Source of the DNA: an uncultured bacterium | GTDB lineage: Bacteria > Chlamydiota > Chlamydiia > Chlamydiales > VFKH01 | Length of the DNA: 64,000 nucleotides | Direction: 5' to 3' | Assembly: GCA_964630595.1 (NCBI GenBank) | Contig: CAZVVT010000001.1 | Location: forward strand, 248,575-312,574 | In this document: positions 54,491 through 63,748 of the stretch, piece by piece | Position numbering within the stretch: position 1 is the stretch's first letter | How the letters are laid out: the number at the start of each line of letters is the position of its first letter | The notes under the pieces: generated by a model | Database searches by the model: none | The model's input: the letters and a program-made list of their open reading frames with translations, nothing else | What the model was told of the DNA's origin: nothing | Program-made: the position numbers and the translations under genes

Positions 54491-56179
54491 ATGCGTCTCT
54501 CCAAACTTTTTTTTAAAACCTTTAAAGAGGCTCCTGCCGAAGCCGACATCAAGTCCCATAAGCTGCTTGAGCGCGCCGGTTACATCAAGCGCCTTGGCAA
54601 AGGGCTCTACACCTATTCACCCTTGATGTGGCGCGTCATCAAAAACATCTCCGATATCATTCGCGAAGAGTTGACCCTTGCAGGTGCGCAAGAGATCCAC
54701 ATGCCCCACCTCCACCCTGCGGAGCTGTGGAAGAAGACCGGACGCTGGGAAGACTTCGTTCAGGCAAAGCTCCTCTACACTGTAGAAGATCGCGAAGGCA
54801 GCGACTATGCTCTGGGACCTACTCACGAAGAACCTGTCGTACAATTGGCTCACAACTGGCTAACAAGCTACAAGCAACTGCCGGTCAATTTATTTCAGAT
54901 CACCCACAAATTCCGCGACGAGATTCGTCCCCGTTTCGGCCTGATGCGCGCAAAAGAATTCTTGATGGCCGACGCCTATGCCTTCTGCAAAGATGAAGCG
55001 CAAATGGAAGAGCAGTACGAGGCGATGCGCATCGCCTATCGAAACATCTTCCACCGTCTTGGTCTTGATTTCGCCATCGTCACAGCAGACGGCGGCAAGA
55101 TCGGAAAGGGCAAGTCGGAGGAGTTTCAAGTGCTCGCCGATGTGGGCGAAGATGCCCTCCTGATTGCCGGTGAGCGTGCTTGGAACTGCGAAGCGGCCAC
55201 CACCATCTTGGCTGCTGTCAACCCCCACGACAAACCCCTCCCTATGCAGGAGGCAAGCACTGCAGGAGTAACGGACAGCGAAGAGCAAGCGAAGATCCTT
55301 AAACTGCCCTCCAACCGCATTGTAAAGACCCTTATCTACAAGCTCCTCTTTGCCAGCGATGTCAAATTTGTCGCCATTGCGATTCGCAGCGATCGCTCCA
55401 TCAATCCAGTGAAGGTAGTCAACTACTTCAACTGCGCGGAAGCAGAACTTGCCTCTGAAGAAGAGGTTCGTAAAGTCACCGGCTGCACAAAGGGCTTCAT
55501 TGGCGCCCTCAACGCGAAGGTCCCCGTTGTAGTCGACAACTCTTGCCATGGCATCGTCAACTTCTCTTGCGGCGCGAACAAAGAGGGCCTGCACTTCATC
55601 AATGCCAACTGGTCTCCCGATACGACCTTTGCCGACTTCCTCCAAGTAGAAGTGGGCGACAGCTGTCCCCACATGAAGGGCGAAGCCTACACCCTCAGGC
55701 GCGGCATCGAAGTGGGCCACATCTTCAATCTCGGCACGCGCTATAGCGAAGCGATGGGCGCCTCCTTTCAAGATGAAGATGGCAAGCTAAAACCCTTCTA
55801 CATGGGCTGCTACGGCATCGGCGTAGGCCGCCTTGCCCAGTCCATCATCGAGCAAAAAGGCGACGACCGCGGCCTTGTCTGGCCGGTCTCCATCGCCCCT
55901 TATCAGGTGGTTGTCAGCGCTGTCAAAACCGATGATTTCTCCATGAGCCAAACAGCGGAGGAGATCTACACAAAACTCGTCCGCGCCGGCATCGATGTTC
56001 TCCTCGACGACCGCAACGAACGCCTTGGCTTCAAGCTCAAAGACTGCGACCTTCTCGGCATCCCCTTTAAATTCATCGTCGGCAATCGCACGATTGAAGA
56101 GGGCCTGATCGAAGTCGAAACCCGCGGTGGCGAAAAATCCTATTTGACGATAGATGATGCACTGAAAGTGCTAAGATAA
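54491..56179 (+). CDS. proS: prolyl-tRNA synthetase (bacterial type with INS editing domain)
   Basis: Class II motifs (FRDE.RPRFGLMR, GIEVGHIF.LG.RYS) and the anticodon-binding domain. 562 aa. Confidence 0.95.
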   Translation: MRLSKLFFKTFKEAPAEADIKSHKLLERAGYIKRLGKGLYTYSPLMWRVIKNISDIIREELTLAGAQEIHMPHLHPAELWKKTGRWEDFVQAKLLYTVEDREGSDYALGPTHEEPVVQLAHNWLTSYKQLPVNLFQITHKFRDEIRPRFGLMRAKEFLMADAYAFCKDEAQMEEQYEAMRIAYRNIFHRLGLDFAIVTADGGKIGKGKSEEFQVLADVGEDALLIAGERAWNCEAATTILAAVNPHDKPLPMQEASTAGVTDSEEQAKILKLPSNRIVKTLIYKLLFASDVKFVAIAIRSDRSINPVKVVNYFNCAEAELASEEEVRKVTGCTKGFIGALNAKVPVVVDNSCHGIVNFSCGANKEGLHFINANWSPDTTFADFLQVEVGDSCPHMKGEAYTLRRGIEVGHIFNLGTRYSEAMGASFQDEDGKLKPFYMGCYGIGVGRLAQSIIEQKGDDRGLVWPVSIAPYQVVVSAVKTDDFSMSQTAEEIYTKLVRAGIDVLLDDRNERLGFKLKDCDLLGIPFKFIVGNRTIEEGLIEVETRGGEKSYLTIDDALKVLR

Positions 56180-56937
56180 GCACTCGAGGGCAACCGCAGA
56201 TCCACTGTGACCCCGGCCGCTTTCAGAGAAGTCTGCGCATCCCCCGCCCGCTTTTGGATCACCGCGCGTAGCTGTTCTAAGCGTAAAAGGGCCTCCTCAG
56301 TACCCTCTGAGGGCAAGCGCAGAAGGATGGGCTGCTCAATGATGTGAGCTGCTTGAATGCGCTCGTCCATGACCATGACAACAATTTCTCGGCAGGCAGG
56401 ATTGGGATGACTCATAGCTTGCAGATCGATGCTGATCAGGCGCGGAGAGGGTTCGAGGTCATTGAGGGCCTCTTTGATGGCCAATGTCATCTCCATTTCG
56501 CGCGGTGTAGGCTGATCACCAACAAAAAACACTTTAGGCAAGCGCTTGGGGGTGTAGAAGGGCTGGAGAGGAAAGACAATCCCTTCTGCATCGAAAGCGG
56601 CGTTACTGAATTGACCGACGGCAGCGATGGGTTTGCGCAAGGTATAATCGACAATCACAGCACCAGGGGCCTTCTTGCGCACACGCACAGAGTCGAAGAT
56701 AGGCCAGCTCTTCAGCTGCTCCTCCGCCCTCTTCACATGGAGCGAATCAAAGGCCATTGGCAAACGCAGGGCATGAGAGAGAAACCCGGAGGGTAGGGGC
56801 TGATTTCCCTGCTGTACGATATGGCTGATTTGCCATGCAGGATCATTCGTGCGTTGCGCGACCTTCTGCCGCCAAACAAACAGCCCCGTTCCCACAACCC
56901 CATTCACAATCAGTGCTGAGAGGATAATGGCCTTCAT
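56140..56937 (-). CDS. ftsQ: cell division protein FtsQ-like (POTRA domain)
   Basis: N-terminal TM, a POTRA-like block VRVRKKAPGAVIVDYTLRKPIAAV...FDAEGIVFPL, and a position directly after murC (ATGA overlap). Confidence 0.6.
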   Translation of the reverse strand: MKAIILSALIVNGVVGTGLFVWRQKVAQRTNDPAWQISHIVQQGNQPLPSGFLSHALRLPMAFDSLHVKRAEEQLKSWPIFDSVRVRKKAPGAVIVDYTLRKPIAAVGQFSNAAFDAEGIVFPLQPFYTPKRLPKVFFVGDQPTPREMEMTLAIKEALNDLEPSPRLISIDLQAMSHPNPACREIVVMVMDERIQAAHIIEQPILLRLPSEGTEEALLRLEQLRAVIQKRAGDAQTSLKAAGVTVDLRLPSSAYLSTFSASSIVK

Positions 56938-58259
56938 ACGTTGAGACGACGCGCTATGTGGTCACTGATTTTTGTGATGTCTCCTGCGCCGATGGTGACC
57001 ACTACATCACTGGGCTGCACCAAATTCATCACCAGTTCTACTAAATCTTGCTTTGAAGAAAACTGCACCGTTCCGGAGTGTTTTCGCTCAATGGCTGCGG
57101 CGAGAGTCTGTGACGAAATGCCTTCAATGGGCATCTCTCCTGCCGAATAGAGATCGGTGATCAGAAGCACATCTGAGGCTCTAAAAGCCTCAGGAAAGGC
57201 ATCGAAGCACAGATGCGTGCGAGAAAAACGGTGCGGCTGAAAGAGGCAAATTAAACGACGCGAACCGATCGCTTCGCGAATCGTGCGCAGTGTTACGTCA
57301 ATTTCTGTAGGATGATGGCCATAGTCATCAAGAAGTAGCACCTCTTTGTCATATTTGCGCTCCAAGCGGCGCGCTACACCGGAAAAACGATCAAAAGCTC
57401 TGCGAATCACCTCTTCGCTAATGCCCAGCTCCAGCGCCAAACCAAACACTGCCAACGCATTCAATGCATAATGCTTTCCAGGCAGGTGTACGGGCACATC
57501 GTGGTAATAATTTCCATGTGCGGAAATATCAACCTTGGCTCGAAACCCCTCCTGGCGCCAATTACTGCCCAAAACATCTGCTCCTGCCATAAACCCGTAC
57601 GAAGTGCCCGTGGGGTTCATGGTGCGCAGCCGCGCATCATCATAGCACCAGAAAAGTGGCCCGCTCACGTTGCAGATGAAACGCTCAAAAGCCTCTTCTA
57701 GCACATCTATGCAGCCGAAATGGTCGAGATGGTCGTTGTCGATGTTGGTGACGATGGCTCCATAAGGGTGGTACTGAAGAAAGCTACCATCGCTCTCATC
57801 TGCTTCAAAAACGGCATACTCGCCGCCGCCATGCGCTCCATTGGTTTTCGCCTGCAGCCACACGCCTCCGATCGAATAAGTAGGCAACCAGCCCGCCTCC
57901 ACCAACACCGCCGCAAGCAGACAGCTCGTCGTCGTTTTCCCATGCGTTCCCGTTACCGCAAGCCCTTTCACTCCCTCTACGATGCGCGCTAAAAGCTGGG
58001 ATCGATGAAGAATCGGCAACCCCTTTTCTTTCGCTGCTATCAATTCAGGATTATCGGAGCGAATCGCTGTGCTCACCACAACACAAGTAGCCCCTGCAAT
58101 ATTCTCTGCGCGGTGGTCGGGAAAAACACGAGCGCCCAGTCGCACAAGTTCCTCTGGAACAGCTCCTGGGTCACTGCCCGACACGGCCTGTCCGCGCTCC
58201 AGCAAGATCTTTGCCAGACCACTCATGCCGATACCGCCTAATCCAATAAAATGCGTCAC
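56934..58259 (-). CDS. murC: UDP-N-acetylmuramate--L-alanine ligase (not fused to Ddl)
   Basis: FIGLGGIGMSGLA and GTHGKTTT Mur ligase motifs. 441 aa. Confidence 0.92.
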   Translation of the reverse strand: MTHFIGLGGIGMSGLAKILLERGQAVSGSDPGAVPEELVRLGARVFPDHRAENIAGATCVVVSTAIRSDNPELIAAKEKGLPILHRSQLLARIVEGVKGLAVTGTHGKTTTSCLLAAVLVEAGWLPTYSIGGVWLQAKTNGAHGGGEYAVFEADESDGSFLQYHPYGAIVTNIDNDHLDHFGCIDVLEEAFERFICNVSGPLFWCYDDARLRTMNPTGTSYGFMAGADVLGSNWRQEGFRAKVDISAHGNYYHDVPVHLPGKHYALNALAVFGLALELGISEEVIRRAFDRFSGVARRLERKYDKEVLLLDDYGHHPTEIDVTLRTIREAIGSRRLICLFQPHRFSRTHLCFDAFPEAFRASDVLLITDLYSAGEMPIEGISSQTLAAAIERKHSGTVQFSSKQDLVELVMNLVQPSDVVVTIGAGDITKISDHIARRLNV

Positions 58260-59269
58260 GACAGCACCTCTTGCACAAAGTCAAATCGGTCGCACCGCCA
58301 TTCCTGGACCGCTTTTGCTACCTGCTCTTTTGAAGGCAGCTGCCCTATTTTGTCCAGCAATTGACTCATGTTCTTTTCATCCAGGTGAAGGCCCAACCCC
58401 ATCATCTGCGCGGCGACGGCATTGGCTCGCTGGTGATCCTCTGCAGCATGCGGATAGGGCACAAAGACCGTCGGCACCGCCATGCGAGAGCTCTCCGCAA
58501 TGGTCACGGCGCCTGCTCGCGCAACTGCAAAATCCGCCGCCACCCAAGCCATCTCCATCCGCGCCTCAAAGGGCTTCACCACCGCATGTACATTGCGCCT
58601 TTTGTAGAAGAACTCTACCGGTTCTACATCCTTCCACGTGCCTGTGTAGTGTAGTACCTGCACGTCCAGTTGTGCCAATTGCTGCGGGACTACTTCATTG
58701 AGCGCTTTCGCCCCTTGCGAACCCCCGAAGACCAATGCGGTGCGCCGATTGGGCTGCAGACCCAAAAAGTGCACCGCCTCTATCCTCGTCGGAGGTTTTT
58801 CAAAGACCTCTCTCAAGAGGGCATCCACCAAAAAGGAGCTTCCTTTCAAATGGCGCGCCGTCTCTATGTTAGCAATCGCCGTGCGCGCTACCGGGCTGAG
58901 AAGCTTGAGCGTCTTTCCAGGGATCAAATCGGGAGCGTACAAAAACAACTTCTTACGCAACATCGCCGCTGCCACCATCGCTGGCAGCGCGTGCCAGCTA
59001 CCAAAGCCCACCACCTTGTGCGGGCGATACTGCATAATCAACTTACTTGCCTGCTTCAGTCCTCGCAAGTAGGCCGCCGGCGCCCTCAGCCCCAGCGGCG
59101 CTGAGGCAATCTCCACATGGGGCCATGAGCGATCAAAAAAAGGATTACTTTCCAGCCCGTGCCCCACAAAAAGCACCTCTGCCCCGGCCTTTTTCAGCCG
59201 CTCCGCCAATGCCTGCGCAGGAAGTACATGGCCGCCACTGCCCCCCGCTGCGATCAATATCTTTTTCAT
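58256..59269 (-). CDS. murG: UDP-GlcNAc:lipid I GlcNAc transferase
   Basis: ILIAAGGSGGHVLPA, FGGSQGA, and an E-containing C-terminal block. Confidence 0.92.
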   Translation of the reverse strand: MKKILIAAGGSGGHVLPAQALAERLKKAGAEVLFVGHGLESNPFFDRSWPHVEIASAPLGLRAPAAYLRGLKQASKLIMQYRPHKVVGFGSWHALPAMVAAAMLRKKLFLYAPDLIPGKTLKLLSPVARTAIANIETARHLKGSSFLVDALLREVFEKPPTRIEAVHFLGLQPNRRTALVFGGSQGAKALNEVVPQQLAQLDVQVLHYTGTWKDVEPVEFFYKRRNVHAVVKPFEARMEMAWVAADFAVARAGAVTIAESSRMAVPTVFVPYPHAAEDHQRANAVAAQMMGLGLHLDEKNMSQLLDKIGQLPSKEQVAKAVQEWRCDRFDFVQEVLS

Positions 59270-59283
59270 AGAAATAATTCAGT

Positions 59284-60699
59284 CTACAGAGCCGCTGTAA
59301 ATTCAGCTACCCGAAGAGTGCGGAAGAATTTGGTGGCCTCCTGAAAGTCCTCGCTGCCCACCTGCTGCAGGTGAGCCCAGAGGGCGCGCCGCTTTTCGGG
59401 AGAGAGAGCGATTTGGGCAGAGGCGATCATCTCCTCATAGTAACGACTGCGGGGGTCTTTCTCATTCAGGGGAAGGTACTTTAGGTGTGCGGGCTGAATG
59501 CGATCGTGCAGGAGCTCTTCGAGGAAGATGCGGGGGTGGTTGAGAACATAGTAGGCCCAGCGCCAATGCAGCCTACGTAGGCTTTTGAGCGGCGGCTTGG
59601 GGTAGCTCATGTGATAGGCAATGAGATCCATGAGCTCTGGGAGCAGCGCTCTGATCTTCTCCATGTCCTGAGGGGCAAATTGGTAGTAGGGACCGCAGCG
59701 ATTCACAGGGTGGCTGGGGCCGTAGTCCCACAAGATCAGCTCACCGGCACGAATGGGCCGCAAGGTCCGAATGTTGGAAGTCCAGTTGCACTCTTGGTGT
59801 TGGAAGGTCTCACTATTGGGCGGACCGTCGGCCATCATGGGAATAAAATTGCGGTAGTCTTTGCCGTCAATGACAGCTTTTCCCGGCTTAGCTCCAGCGA
59901 CTGTGTAGGGAAGATCGCTACCCAACACATAAAGAGAGCCCGGCCCCTCTGCCGAGCGCAACAATCCCGCATAAGGCCCCAGGTCCTCTCCTGCAGGGAT
60001 GGCTTTCGTTGCCACGATCCCCAAACCTGGATCGAAGGAGAGGTCGGGAAAAAGGTCTTTGATAGTAACAATGGCGAGACTGGGGTGAAAAGAGGGTCCT
60101 CGATAGCGGTAGGGCTTTTTTGCAAACAGACGCTCTTCGACCATACACGCATTAACCACCACGCGGTTGGTGTAGGTAAAACCGTAACGCCTTTCTATCT
60201 CCTCCAAGGGCACCTGCACAACCGATCGATCGGCCAACATGAAGGGCAGCGTCTGCGGCCTGGTGCTCCATTTACCCAGTAGATGCGACCGATCGGGATA
60301 GATCGTCTCAAAAATATCTACCGCTGAAAAACCCCCTTCCGTTTTCAGCAGAGGATGGACAAAATCCGCATCCCCTTGCAGCGCTGCAATGTGATCGGGA
60401 TTAAGGCCCACGCTTCCGCAGGCATCTGAATAGACCCCATGTTTGATGAGTTGGCGCTTAAAATCGCTATTTCTTGCCAGGGCTGCAAGCTGCGAAAAGG
60501 TGACCTCCACATCTCCCGCCGTCAGATTTTCGAGCTTTTTACGCCAGCCCCACGATCTTCGAATCAAGCCCACCAGTTCATGATCTTCTATCGGCTTACT
60601 GTGCAGCACCTTGTACGCCAGAGCGTAGAGAGGATCGTGCTTGTAGGTCAGGATGCACTTGCCCAGCAACCGTGTACGCCACTGCGGCAACCTACTCAT
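59284..60699 (-). CDS. SET domain-containing protein (putative protein lysine methyltransferase) with extra N- and C-terminal regions
   Basis: GLGIVATKAIPAGEDLGPYAGLL (SET-N), VIDGKDYRNFIPMMADGPPNSE (the position of the RFINHS..PN block) and IRAGELILWDYGPSHP (the ELxxDY block). 8-nt overlap with the ftsW stop, and 14 nt before murG. Confidence 0.6.
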   Translation of the reverse strand: MSRLPQWRTRLLGKCILTYKHDPLYALAYKVLHSKPIEDHELVGLIRRSWGWRKKLENLTAGDVEVTFSQLAALARNSDFKRQLIKHGVYSDACGSVGLNPDHIAALQGDADFVHPLLKTEGGFSAVDIFETIYPDRSHLLGKWSTRPQTLPFMLADRSVVQVPLEEIERRYGFTYTNRVVVNACMVEERLFAKKPYRYRGPSFHPSLAIVTIKDLFPDLSFDPGLGIVATKAIPAGEDLGPYAGLLRSAEGPGSLYVLGSDLPYTVAGAKPGKAVIDGKDYRNFIPMMADGPPNSETFQHQECNWTSNIRTLRPIRAGELILWDYGPSHPVNRCGPYYQFAPQDMEKIRALLPELMDLIAYHMSYPKPPLKSLRRLHWRWAYYVLNHPRIFLEELLHDRIQPAHLKYLPLNEKDPRSRYYEEMIASAQIALSPEKRRALWAHLQQVGSEDFQEATKFFRTLRVAEFTAAL

Positions 60700-61780
60700 A
60701 CACCTTCTTTGAAACGCTTAAAATCGCCCCCAGAGCAGCACCACAAGCCACAAGAGAGCTTCCTCCCTGACTGAAAAGAGGCAAGTTCAACCCCGTGCTC
60801 GGCAAAATGCCCGTAACGACCCCTAAGTTAATAAAGGCCTGCAATGCGAGTAAAAAGGCCAACATAGCACAGGAAAGCGAAACGCTTTTTTCAAGTGCGT
60901 CAAGCGCTTGGCGAAAGCAGAGCCAAATCAGCGCCATGTAGGCAACGATCAGCGCGCCCAGCCCCAAAAACCCCACCTCTTCGCCCACAATGGCGACAAT
61001 GTAGTCGTTTTGCGCCTCCGGCAAGTAGCTCAGTTTTTGCAAACTCTGCCCGATCCCTTTGCCGAAAAACCCGCCGCTGCCCAAGGCAATCTTGGCCTGG
61101 TAGGGCTGGTGCCCCTTGCCGAGCAAATCAAGTTCGGGATTGAGAAAGACCATAATCCGCCCACGCACATAGGGTACAGAGGCGGCAAAAGCGGTCACGG
61201 CCACAGCGCCAACGCAGAGTGGCAGCAGCCAGTAACGCCAGCGAATCGAGCAAAGCCACAGCGCAATCACTACCGTAGCGCCGATAATCAGCGTAGTGCG
61301 GTTGTCGGGCTCAATCAAAATCAGCGCCATGACAGCTGCGATTTTGCCCAGCAGCTTGAGCAAATCCCCCAGTTGCAACACTTCGTGTTTCAGCACTTCG
61401 TGGATGAAGAAGAGCGGGAGGATAAACTTCACAAACTCGGAGGGCTGCAGCGAAATGCCAAACAAGCTGAGCCAGCGGCGCGCGCCATTGGCAATGACTC
61501 CTACTCCGGGAATCAGCACCAACACTAACAGAAAAACACAAAGGGCCAGCAAACGCGGCGTCCAAGAAAGAATTTTCTTCATGCCGCAGCGATAGGCAAG
61601 CAGCCCTAAACCGAAAGCGGCAACACCAAAGAGCAGCTGCTTGAGCAAGGGTCCAAAGATGAAGCGATCTCTACCACTGTCGAGGATTTCTGCCGACGAG
61701 GTGTTAAAGACAAAGATCAGCCCAAAACACCAGATCGCAACCGCCAACCAGATGATGCTAATTGATCTTGAGTTTGTCAC
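60692..61780 (-). CDS. ftsW: SEDS family peptidoglycan glycosyltransferase FtsW/RodA
   Basis: 10-TM pattern, GISLQPSEFVK, LEPDNRT-like IEPDNRT, LPEAQNDYIVA and LPLFSQGGSS. Confidence 0.92.
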   Translation of the reverse strand: MTNSRSISIIWLAVAIWCFGLIFVFNTSSAEILDSGRDRFIFGPLLKQLLFGVAAFGLGLLAYRCGMKKILSWTPRLLALCVFLLVLVLIPGVGVIANGARRWLSLFGISLQPSEFVKFILPLFFIHEVLKHEVLQLGDLLKLLGKIAAVMALILIEPDNRTTLIIGATVVIALWLCSIRWRYWLLPLCVGAVAVTAFAASVPYVRGRIMVFLNPELDLLGKGHQPYQAKIALGSGGFFGKGIGQSLQKLSYLPEAQNDYIVAIVGEEVGFLGLGALIVAYMALIWLCFRQALDALEKSVSLSCAMLAFLLALQAFINLGVVTGILPSTGLNLPLFSQGGSSLVACGAALGAILSVSKKVYE

Positions 61781-62444
61781 CGGGCTTGAGTTTCTTCGCT
61801 TTCTTCTCGTCTAAGTTGTTGAGTTTGAGCAGATCCTCAACTTTCATGTTGTTTTTGGAGGCAATCGTCCAAGGATTATCTCCACTCTTCACGGTATAGC
61901 TTCCCGCAGCGCTTGCAACCGCTTTTGCTGCTTTCTTCGCTTTTTTCAGCGCTTTACCGGGCACTTTGAGCACTTGACCGATCTTCAGCTTGGTCGAGCT
62001 CAAAGCGTTGAGCTGCATAATCGCATCGGTTGTGGTCTTATGAGAGCGGGCAATCTTGTCGAGTGCATCTCCCTTTTTCACCACCACTTCGCTAAACTCT
62101 CCATCCAGCGAAAGAGGCGCTTCTGCGCTGGCTACCACAGACTCTTCTACTTTGGCTGCTTCTTCATTAAACGCGACGACTTCGCCAGAAACGGCGCTTG
62201 CCTGCTCGTTCCATGCGCTCAGCACTTGGTCGATTTCATCCACGGGCTGGCCAGCGCTGTCGGCGCTTGTCTGCACAGCAAGGACTTGGTCACTGCTCAC
62301 TTCTTGTTGTGGAGCCACCGCCACCACAGGCGCTTTTTCCACTGCGGCATTGTCCTCTTTTGACGGCATCGCTACCGCAAACAATACCAAGAGCAATCCC
62401 GCATTGACGAGGACTGCGATAATGATCGTATCTCTTCTACTCAT
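61758..62444 (-). CDS. membrane-anchored protein with two LysM domains (NlpD position, no M23 peptidase domain)
   Basis: TM at the N-terminus, an acidic linker, then LysM1 (VVKKGDALDKIARSHKTTTDAIMQLNAL...KIGQVLKVP) and LysM2 (YTVKSGDNPWTIASKNNMKVEDLLKLNNL...LKPGDKLKI). Confidence 0.8.
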   Translation of the reverse strand: MSRRDTIIIAVLVNAGLLLVLFAVAMPSKEDNAAVEKAPVVAVAPQQEVSSDQVLAVQTSADSAGQPVDEIDQVLSAWNEQASAVSGEVVAFNEEAAKVEESVVASAEAPLSLDGEFSEVVVKKGDALDKIARSHKTTTDAIMQLNALSSTKLKIGQVLKVPGKALKKAKKAAKAVASAAGSYTVKSGDNPWTIASKNNMKVEDLLKLNNLDEKKAKKLKPGDKLKIN

Positions 62445-63748
62445 ACCCTAACCCCCAAACCTCGTGCGAACCTCTGGAATTCCTCTCCACGGTGCGCATA
62501 ATCTCGAAACATATCGAAACTGGAACATCCCGGCGACAACAAGATGACATCTCCCTTTTCGGCCTTGCCAAAGGCGGTCTCTACCGCCTCTTGCAGAGTC
62601 GCGACCCTTTCCACAGGAAAGTGCCCCTCAAGCTCTTGTTGGATCAGGGGCGCTGCCTGCCCAATCGCAACAATGGCCTTTACTCTACCACCAAAGGCCT
62701 CTTTCCACGGAAGGTAAGAAGCGCCTTTGTGAATGCCTCCCGCGATCAAGATGACGGGGGAAGACATGGCCTCCACAGCCCTCATGGTTGCATCGAGGTT
62801 AGTCCCCTTGCTGTCGTCGTAGAACGCTACTCCCGATACCGTCGTCACATATTCGATGCGGTGCGGAGGCTTGCGAAAGGCGTTGAGCGATTCGCGGAAA
62901 CCGTCTGCGTCAATCCCCATCGCATGCGCAACGACCCATGCGGCGAGCCAGTTCTCGACGTCATGTGTTTTAACACCTCGGAGAGAATCCGGTAAAGCGC
63001 GAACTTTCTTGCCAAAAGCGTGCACCAGCTCCCCGTCCCAGTAGACGTCCGCGTCCGGCTCAAACCCAAAGGTCACCACCCCCTCTTGAAAGAGGTGGGG
63101 CCATTGCCGCTTCGTCTTGGCGTTGACCACCACCAGCCCATGTGTGATGCCCTGAATGCGCGCTTTGGCCTGAGCGTAGTCGTCCATGTTCGAGTAGCGA
63201 TCGAGGTGGTCGGGCGTCACGTTTAAGAGGAGAGAATGGGACAAAACCTTGGTCTGCATCGTCTCCAGCTGGTAAGAGGAGAGCTCCACCACCAAAACCT
63301 CGCTTGGATCCTCGCAGGGGTGGGCCGTTAATGGATCTCCAATATTGCCCAGGGCGTGCGCCTCTTTCCCGTGAGCGCGCAGCAAATGCGACAAGAATAG
63401 GGTCACCGTCGTCTTGCCATTGGTGCCTGTCACCCCAATCCAGGGGCGCTTGGGCAGAAAGCGGGCGGCCAGCTCCGCCTCTCCAATAACGTCGATCCCC
63501 TTAGCGCCCTGCACGAGGGGATGGTGAAAAGGCACGCCGGGAGAAAGAACCACTAAGTCTACAGGAAGCTCATAGCTGAATTGGGTACAGAGGCGCACGC
63601 CCTTCGCAATCAATTCGCGCACGTGCGGATCGCTCTTCAGCTCTCTCTTTTCATCATAGGCGACCACCTCCCAGCCCTGTTTGAGCAGAAAAAGAGCCGC
63701 TGAGCGGCCAGAGAGTCCAAAACCGATAACAAGAGCACGTCTTTTCAT
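62441..63748 (-). CDS. murD: UDP-N-acetylmuramoylalanine--D-glutamate ligase
   Basis: [25 protein letters not shown]. The start at Met19 gives an ATGA overlap with the mraY stop. Confidence 0.92.
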   Translation of the reverse strand: MKRRALVIGFGLSGRSAALFLLKQGWEVVAYDEKRELKSDPHVRELIAKGVRLCTQFSYELPVDLVVLSPGVPFHHPLVQGAKGIDVIGEAELAARFLPKRPWIGVTGTNGKTTVTLFLSHLLRAHGKEAHALGNIGDPLTAHPCEDPSEVLVVELSSYQLETMQTKVLSHSLLLNVTPDHLDRYSNMDDYAQAKARIQGITHGLVVVNAKTKRQWPHLFQEGVVTFGFEPDADVYWDGELVHAFGKKVRALPDSLRGVKTHDVENWLAAWVVAHAMGIDADGFRESLNAFRKPPHRIEYVTTVSGVAFYDDSKGTNLDATMRAVEAMSSPVILIAGGIHKGASYLPWKEAFGGRVKAIVAIGQAAPLIQQELEGHFPVERVATLQEAVETAFGKAEKGDVILLSPGCSSFDMFRDYAHRGEEFQRFARGLGVRV

